Positions 51,501-59,988 of a stretch of 64,000 nt of DNA are shown piece after piece. Where the stretch lies: contig CM060731.1 of NCBI GenBank assembly GCA_030704615.1, forward strand, positions 28,892,001 to 28,956,000. The letters run 5' to 3'. The DNA comes from Takakia lepidozioides. Its lineage: Eukaryota > Plantae > Bryophyta. Position 1 is the stretch's first letter; every line of letters begins with the position of its first letter. The position numbers were made by a program, and so were the translations under genes. A model generated the notes under the pieces. The model was not told the DNA's origin, searched no databases, and worked only from the letters and a program-made list of their open reading frames with translations.

Positions 51501-51759
51501 AATTCTTGCAAGGCATTGCGGTCGGGCCTCCGGCGGTGTTGCTGAGGACATCTTTACTCCTTGGAGACTTTGCATCCTGCATCAACACCCGGGTTCCCAG
51601 AGGAGGCACAACCGGCTTCCCCGAGAACCAAACATCAGCATCAATCGGTTCCTCTGGAGCACTGAAGTCATGGAATTTAGGCGCTTGAATGCTCTCATAA
51701 AACTCATCCTTCTCAAAATCTCCCTGGAAATTCCCAACATCCAGCTCAAAGGCCTCCAT
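48503..51759 (-). CDS. TPX2-like microtubule-associated protein
   Basis: N-terminal DEFYESIQAPKFHDFS...DVWF motif. C-terminal exons at 49329-49424 (TSPHPFRLRTQ), 49086-49196 (ERGVLKEIEF), 48664-48755 (AQKVPCFDRPFKPH) and 48503-48581 (STKKLTVPQEFNFH, stop TAG). Confidence 0.8.
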
Positions 51760-52384
51760 CTTGCTGCTGAACTTCTTACAGTCTCTTAATATATTGCACA
51801 GTTATAGACCTGATCTTTTGATTCCAGGTCCCGTCACATACTTGGTCTGGCCTAATCACAGAGCTTGCATAGTGAACACAATTCACAGAACAGAATGTAG
51901 GAATCTCATCAGATAAAAGACAATGAAACAAAGCATGAATCTGGCTCAAAAATGACTGAAACGGAATGCTCAATGTAATGAAAATGGCCTCCTCTCCATC
52001 ACCAAAGCGCTCCCCCGCACATCAAAGAAAATTTCTCGAGAAACAATGCATGAATCTCCCAGCGAACGAGAGGATTTGAGAAGCGGAGGCAGAGCTCCAG
52101 AGAAGGCGCAACGGCTACTTCCCATGTCACAGTGCGTCACCTCGGTACCGTCCGATCCCACAAGAAAATACTTTACAGCCGTCCGATCTGCGGCCTCTGA
52201 TTCTACCGTTAATGCTACTGCGAGCGGCCACCGGATGAGAGTCGCAGCTGTGATCGATGTGAAACATTGTTCATCCACCGGTTGCCTCTATTGCTATTAT
52301 TATTATTTAATTTTTTTAAGAGGAAACCTTGGGAACGATATGATTGCTCACAATTCAGGCCCTTTGAGGAGGGGGAAAAATTAA

Positions 52385-53642
52385 CCCCGTTTCAGATAAG
52401 CCATTGGGCACAAATGAGGAAAGGTCACCCCCAGACCAACCGGTCATGAAATAAATCATACCCGCAGGACAGAGTAGCACAATTTGAACCCTGAAGGTCC
52501 CTTGGAAGCTGGTTTGGCGTGATATTTGGAAAAAACACAGGTCTTCGAAAGTTACGGCCTTCCTATGGAAGGTGGTCAGTAAGATCTTGCCTGTGGCGGC
52601 AAACTTTGAAGATTCATCCTTGAACTGTGTCTCTTGTATCCTGGCTGCAGAGGAAAATTTGGAACATGCCTTGGTGCTTTGTCCATTCGCCCGTGCTGTT
52701 TGGGAAAAGGCCCTTCATCTGTACTCTTTCTGGTCCTCTAACTTGGACTCCTCTCCTTCTGTCTTGCTTCTCAATGTCAAGAATGGCAGAATTCATTGTT
52801 CTTGCCCTGTTTGGGAGTCACTGAGAGGTATCATATTGTGGCAGATTTGGAAAATGAGATGTTGTGTGGTGTATCAAAAAAAGAGGTTGTGTTTGAACAA
52901 AGTTCTTTTTCTGGCTCACTCAGACCTTAAGTCTAAGGCTCGCAAAGCTTGGTATGTTTTGGTTGCAGCTCTTTCCAAGTGTCACAGCAGTCGAAGACCT
53001 CAACTCTTTGCCGCCTTCGACAAATCCTGGGAAAAGATTTCGTGTTCTGCAGGAGAATTGATGACACTAGGATTGTGTGGGAAGACTCCCCCCCTGCCTG
53101 TTGGAAGCTCAACTAGTACTAAAGAGACTTCCTTGGAGAACGAAGACGCAGAAATAAATTGGAGACACAAGCGTAGTGGCTCTAGGAAGGCAAAGTCAAA
53201 GACACAGCTTTCGTTTGATGGGCCCAAAAGAAAAAAGGGTAGTATATAGGTGGCTTTTTAAGTCAACCAGTATCCTATTTCTCTTGCCTTCCCATATGGG
53301 ACAGATGGTCTTGTTTTCATAGTTCTTCTTTTCCTTCCCCCCCTCCATCCCCTTAACTTTTTTTTCACTTATCCTTTCTCTTTTTGGTCTTCACCTCCTC
53401 TCTAATTTTCCTTAGTTAGGAATTTACTTCCAGCTGAGGCCAGATTCATCTCCCCTGATATTTGACATGTTGGTCCTGAGTGGTACCTCTGTAATTTGCC
53501 TTACGGCTTTCTGTAAAGTTATTTTTTCCTTACAAACCTCTTAATAAATTTACAGGGCTACATCCCCCTGTTAAAAATTTAAAAAAAAAAAAAACTGAAC
53601 CACAAGAGTGACACTGTGCACTTCTATCCAACTGAGCTACTA
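52385..53642 (-). mobile_element. tRNA-derived SINE split by an L1 insertion
   Basis: Joining 53642-53596 to 52484-52385 on the minus strand gives TAGCTCAGTTGGATAG...GTGGTTCA|AATTG (A box and B box). Confidence 0.55.
52491..53595 (+). mobile_element. 5'-truncated L1 LINE with poly(A) tail
   Basis: WKLVWRDIW..KVTAFLWK, the CCHC motif CVSC...ENLEHALVLCPFARAVW and ILWQIWKMRC. AATAAA at ~53543 and an A-tail at 53581-53594. TSD TGAACC at 52485-52490 and 53596-53601. Confidence 0.88.
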
Positions 53643-54254
53643 GCTGCAGTTCCTATATTTCTTTCCATGTGCCTTCAAACTGTCCATTGGCCCTTTGATG
53701 GGCTCTGTTGAGCAGTGGGCTCTGTAAATTCATTGGATGTTAAAAAAACTTTATTTTTGGCCCTGCCTTTAGCATGGACTACGGATTCACTTGCATCGAA
53801 GTACCTAAAGACCTTATCTTGAGTGGGTCCCACCTGGGCACAGGTTTGTTGTACTCTTTATGTTCTTTATGTGTTCCATTTGTGGATGAATGTGGATACT
53901 ATGAGATGGACTTAATTATGGATGGATGTAAATCCATGGATTAGGTGACAATTTATATTGATTTCAAACATGTGGTGCGTCCTAAGGCGTAGGATGAATT
54001 TGATCAACACCGTTGGTCAAACTTGATTGATGAATGGAATTAAGCATCATGGATGAAATCGGGTCTCATTCTATCTGTTTGAGCAGTTGTTTTCTCTTTT
54101 GCAATCGTGGCAGAGAATCAAATATGCATTTGACGGAGAGCAGGCTGGATTTGATCTGGAGCTCCCTCGCAGGCTTGCAAGATGAAGATGGGAGGTCAAG
54201 TCTGCTCAAGGCTAGCATCATGGGACGTTCCTATGACAAAATTGACCTCGCCAA

Positions 54255-54638
54255 CGGAGTAATGAGTCTTGAAAGCTGTGATCTGGTACAAACCAGAGTA
54301 GAAAATGATAGACTTACTTTGCACGCTTCTTTTCTCTCTCCTTGTTTTGGCGACAACAATCAAGATGCTGCGATTTGTTCTTGAAGTTTTGATGGAGAGC
54401 ACGCCACGGGAGATTGATGCTCGAGCTGTCGAAAGCGGGTTGTTGGAGATATCCGGTGTACTAGTGGCAGTGCATGATCTTCACATTTGGAAGCTAACCA
54501 TGGGTAAAACCTTTTGCATGCCATATCCGAATCAAGCGAGAGGCAGATGCTGACAGTCTCCTACAATAGATGACAGATTTATGTGAAATGAAGTACAATC
54601 TCACCTATGTGACCATACAGGTTGAGCGAGATTTTTGA
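54255..54638 (+). pseudogene. MTP1-type CDF (Zn) transporter C-terminal pseudogene fragment
   Basis: [27 protein letters not shown]...[14 protein letters not shown]...AVHDLHIW...CHIRIK.EADAD..YNLTYVTIQVER, with in-frame stops and a frameshift. The N-terminal part is absent. Confidence 0.88.
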
Positions 54639-55399
54639 GGGGTTAGGGTCATTGCCTCACCACGATGTATGTGAATTCCATTTTCTATTGTACAGTCAAC
54701 GAATTACAGTCAGCAAGGGACATTTGGACCCCACCTGAAGAGAATGTCTTTGGATACGAGGAAAGAATTGAGATGAGAGGGTTCAAGTGATTTAGCGAGT
54801 TGGTATAAATTAGGGTTTGTACTGACTATTCTGTCACCAGAGAGCTCTTTGAAGCAGCTTGTGATGGTCAATGAAGTTGACTTCTACTTGCAAGACCCAC
54901 TAGACCTGTTGCAGGGAATCTGAACCCCGTATGGAGCAAGAACCTATCTTAGAGGGTCAGACATTCATCAGGTTTTGATGGACAACTTGAGCTATTGATG
55001 ACAACTTAACAAGGTTGTTACTATCATTATGGTGCTCTGTGCTTTGCTTGGGGTCCTTTGTTGGAGTTGCATCCTCGCACATTAATATGCTAAGCAGTTA
55101 GGGAAATAAGGTCCTACTATTAGAGAACGGTCTTTCCTTCTATCTTTGGACTTAATGGATGCGGTGGGGAGTTGAGTTTCTCTTTCATTGATTGTATATT
55201 GATTGCAACTGACCAAAATATTGTAGTGTGGAAAATCTGAGATGACCGTTCTTTGCCTCCTCAAATCGCCGCTTCGGTGACACATCGTCCCCATCGGGCT
55301 CACCAGGATCATCATCTTTCGGGTCGTTCCACTTTCGCTTTGTCTTTCCCAACCCTTTGTTGAGGCCGATCTCAAGGACGATCGCGTACTGAACTCTAA

Positions 55400-55411
55400 G
55401 CTCTGATACCA
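55400..55411 (-). promoter_or_regulatory. tRNA-iMet primer-binding site
   Basis: The minus strand reads a perfect TGGTATCAGAGC, 2 nt from the CA end of the adjacent LTR. Confidence 0.85.
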
Positions 55412-55413
55412 AG

Positions 55414-56795
55414 TGTCGCGCACCTCACTTCGGTAAGCTCCCCTTCAAGTCATAGTTACTCGCTTTGATGCGCGCCTAACTCCCAAACTGGCCGCCGGGG
55501 CTCGGAATTTCGGTTGCTCACCGGGACATAACGGTCCCCTTTTGCTCCTCCACAAGACCCTCTCTCAATTTGGGCTTAGTGGAAAATTCCCTTTGGTTGT
55601 TGGAAGTCCGGATCAGCTCCCCACACCTTGGTCGCTTTCCGGCTCGCACGCTTACTCACTAGTTTTTGGTCACCAACGGGCTTGCACCGTTCTCGGGGTT
55701 ACTACTCCCTATATATACTTTTGTGACTGTCCGCGGGGGTTTCACAAACAACACCATCCTTTTATGGCGAACCACCACGAAGACCCTCCATTCCCGGTGG
55801 TGAGTCGCGGTGAGTCTTGGCCCACCACCACGGCCCTATTGGACCGTGATGAGTCCCAAGACTCCCCACGACTCCCACCACAAGGTCTCCGCCCCATGGT
55901 GAGTCCTATGCCACCCCCACTAAGTCCCACTAAGTCCCACTAAGCTACCACCACCCCTCGGAACCACCCCCACCGCAACCCGGTGTGCGGGGTTCCACCT
56001 AGTGAGCGCCTCCGCCTCCTTGGGCACTCAAGGGTGCTTCAGCCCCCGTATCTATTGTTGCCACTGCCCCCACCACAGGGGCAGCCCATTTTGTGTCCCG
56101 ACCCCCGAAGGGCCGCGACACAAGAGGGGCTGCCCCTTGTGGTGGGGGCAGTGGTAGCAAATAGGAAAGGGGGTTGAAGCACCCTTGAGTGCCGAGGGCA
56201 CCCAAAGAGGCGGTGGCGCTCACTAGGTGAAGCCCCGCAAACTAGGTGGCGGTGGTGGGGCTCGACGAGGGGTGGTGGTAGTGTAGGGAGTCGTAGTGGG
56301 GGTGACATAGGACTCACCATGAGGCTGAGGCCTTGTGGTGGGAGTCGTGGGGAGTCTTGGGACTCACCACGGTCCATTGGGGCCGTGGTGGGTGGGCCAA
56401 GACTCACCGCGGCTCACCACAGGGACGATCGAGGATCTAAGTGATTTGGACTTGGCTACTTGTGGAACCCCCGCGGACACCTACAGAAGTATACATAGGG
56501 AGTAGTAACCCCGAGAACGGTGCAAGCCCGTTGGTGACCAAAAACTAGTGAGTAAGTATGCCAGCCGGAAAGCGACCAAGGTGTGGGGAGCTGTTCCGGA
56601 CTGCCATCTACCAAGGGGAATTTCCACTAAGCCCAACAGATCGAGGGTCGAGTGGGAGTGTGAGGGGGACCGTTATGCCCCGGTGAGCAGCCGAAGCTCC
56701 GAGTTGGCCCGGCGGCCAGTTTGGGAGTTAGACGCGCGCATCAAAGCAAGTAACTACGACTTGAAGGGGAGATTACCGAAGTGAGGTGCGGGACA
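55414..56795 (-). mobile_element. LTR (1,382 bp) that is a full-length inverted repeat
   Basis: Termini TGTCGCGCACC...GGTGCGGGACA with an adjacent PBS. The two ~690-bp halves are reverse complements, with a centre at ~56105. Confidence 0.85.
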
Positions 56796-59750
56796 GCACG
56801 GCTGGACCGCTTTTACTGCTCCCCTACTCCTATGGTTTGGGCTAAACCTGGTATTCAACGGCCGGTGCTCCCAAACTTCGACCATGCCAGTATTTCGATT
56901 TCTTTCTCCCTTTCCTGGTATGCAGGGCCAAAAAAAATAAAAAAATCAGGCTGAATCTTTCCCTGCTTAGCATTCCTGCATTCCTGCAACAGATCAGGGA
57001 AGCATGGGCAGCTTCTGGAAACCATTTCACCTCCCCAACTTTGAGATTCATTAGCAAGTTGGAAAACACCAGGAAAGTGGCCCAAAGATTAGCCCCTATT
57101 TTTTTGGCAGATCCAGGAATTGTCATGAAAGAGCTATCCTCAAATGCCTTTCGGGTATTTGAAGTAAATAGGTTGGGTCCCCAAACGATGACTTCTTTTG
57201 CTTTAGCTAAGCACAATTTGACTGAGCTGTTGGCATCCACGGAGGACAACCTTAGAAGAAAAGCATGTATCAATTGGTCGTTAAAAGGAGAGAAAATGTC
57301 ACGTTATCCTCAAGGTGAAGCAACAAATTGTTGCTACTTCAATTTCTGCTCTTTCAAATTCCTTATCAACATTTTGCAATGCCTCCGGTCTACAAGTGAA
57401 CTGGGGCAAATCTGTTGGTTTGCTCTCCCAACTTAAAAGTAACTCGACGGCTTTCCATTGCCTTCAAGACTTCACTCTTTCGTGGCTACCTGAAGGGCAA
57501 TCTCATACCTTGCTAGGCCACCAAATAGGACACAATTTAAGCAACATGCAAAGATGTGAAGCCGTGCTTTCCAGGCTCAACTTGCTTACTGGAGTTCTAT
57601 TTTTCTATCTATTGTGGGCAAAGCTCTGGTGGCCAACCAGGTGCTTCAGGCCTCCAATTGGTTTGCCTCGTCAGTCTGGTCTCCTGGTGCAACAATCATT
57701 AAGAAATTCAAAGCCCTCATTCGAAATTTTATTTGGGGGGCTTCTCAATCTAGACCCAATCGCAAGGCTCTTGTAAGCTGGGACCAGCTCACTCAAAAGA
57801 AGAAACGTGGAGATCTGGGGCTGTTAGATCCAGACACACAAATTTGTGCACTTCTAGCCAAATGGATGCCAAGAATTTTTTGTAACCTGGCTGCCCCCTG
57901 GAGCATTTTGGTCAGTCGCCACCTCCTGAATGCAACCCCTTCATCCTCAATCCTTTGGCCTGCATCTTTGCGGTGGACTGTGCAAGGTGGAACCTCGAAT
58001 AGTTCCCCCAACATTGGCTCCCATCCATCTAGGTTGCGTGGATCAGAATGCGCCCCTTCCTGGCTCAAACAACTCCCTCAATCCCTGAAGAAGCACTCAC
58101 ACAGCCCTTATTTGGGAACTTCAATAGAGATTCGGAGGATCTGGTAGTATGCTCTCATCGTTGGGCTCACTAGGAAGCAGCCACCATCTGTCACTTCTCC
58201 CATATCTGGGAAAGTGGCTTCTGCCCTGTGCCGAAGCAACAACAACCCTCTCCGCCAGAAGGGCGGCAGCAGGATGGGAGTCAGTCACTCGAGACATTCC
58301 TGACAAATGGATTTCACTTTGTTCTTACCCTGCTAATCTTAGATTTCTTCCTGCCTTGTTGGGAATGGATGGGCCTGAAGGAAAATATGCTTTCTATGCT
58401 ATGTTTAGAGAAGGCTCCTCTCTTGTTGGCTGGAAGTACAAGGTTAGGTCGTCTGGCTCTTTGTTCTTTCCAGAATGGATTACTATGGAAGAGGTTAATC
58501 TTTTCCCGATTAGAGTGATCTGCTGGGGCACGGGAATGGTGAACCCCTCTCTTGACAATGGTCTTCATTCAAACCCTCACCTTCGCTGGTTTCTTCTGGC
58601 TCCCATTTCTCTTCTTCAGTTTGATGCAGGTGAATGGCTTTGGAGGGATAAGAAGCATAGTCATTTCTTCTCCTACTCAGTGAAAATGGGAAGTTCCTTG
58701 ATTAAACTTGCCTGCAGTTTTAATGCCATGTGGGCTGCAAAGTGGTCCCATATTTCTGATTGCCCTTCTTCTTGGGATAAGATATGGGGTGATGTCTGGA
58801 GAAAACACCGTTCGGCAAAGGCTTCTGGTTTTCTTGGGAGATTAGTTTTAACAAGATCCTACCAGTTAAGAGTCATATCTCCAACACTGATTTCAATTGC
58901 CCCACCTGTCGATTGCATGGCCCGGAATATATTGAACATTGTTTCATAGAATGTCAGTTGGCTGCCAGGATCTGGGCTACAGTTCTCACCTTTTATGGCA
59001 CTGCATGGAAACACTGCACTTCTCCTTCCATTTCCTTGTTACTTCTGAATTTCACTATTGGTTGACTGTCCAGTGTGGGCGACGCTCAGACCCCACACTC
59101 TGTGGAACATCTGGAAATCCAGATGTAAGTTGGTCTTTGATGCAGGACTGATAAATGTTAGAGATGTGCTTTGCAGGATTCACTCAGACCTGATGTCTGA
59201 GGGCAGGAAGGCGTGGGTGGTGGTATATGAAGCTGTTCGCAGGTCTAGCACAAGAAGGGGAGAATAACTGCTCCTTCAGTTTGACTCGACTTGGGCCAAT
59301 AGGGAGGTCATCTGCTCCAAACCATCGCCCTCAACAATTCTCTGGAATGACTCCATCCCATCAGGCTGGGAGCTCCTTTAATGCTATGCAATCGCCCTTG
59401 GATGGAGAGGAGTCTGAGGTCAACGGGAGACACCGTCAGCGTTCTGTTAGAAAGACGAGATCTAGGACACAGCTCTCTTATGAGCCACTGAAATGAAAAA
59501 GGGGTAGTCTTAGTTCTTGGTTCTCTATGGTTTTATAACCTTCTTCCCTGTTTTAGTGCAAGCATTGCTTCTTCCCTTCATTTAGTCAGCTGTTTTTCTG
59601 GTTACTTCCCCCTCCACCTTATTTTTTCCTGTGCGTACTCCCTCTCAATTTTGTACTCTTTGGACTTCTTTTAGTACACCTACTATAAAGTTAATCGAGG
59701 CCACCATCCCTTCTTCTGTTAAACTTACTTGCATATATATTTATATTTTT
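56796..59750 (+). mobile_element. Decayed L1 LINE (end of EN domain, RT core deleted, C-terminal zinc finger, 3' UTR)
   Basis: ARLDRFY..SDH (end of EN), then WSLKGEKMSRY joined to FCNASGLQVNWGKS, followed by GKALVANQVL..FIWG..VSW..GDLGLLD, WDKIW and LWNIWKSRC. Confidence 0.85.
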
Positions 59751-59988
59751 AAAAACAATGCCTAAGTCGACTCTAGGGTTACCTAAAGTTAGAAAAGATG
59801 AAATTGCTACAAATAGCGATATTTATTATTTTTTTAAACAAGTTAGTATGTTGAAATTGTAGGAGTCAAACATAGTGGAGTTTTCATTACAGTTTCAAGA
59901 AAGAAAAACGGCAATATAGTCCATGGCTCCAACCCATGAACAATGAAATTATATAAGTTGTACGTTGTCAATAAAAATTATGTGCATA

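Noticed and set aside
55542-56784. Pro/Gly-rich ORFs inside the palindromic LTR
   Set aside because: Mirror-image ORFs produced by GC-rich inverted repeat sequence, with no protein motifs.
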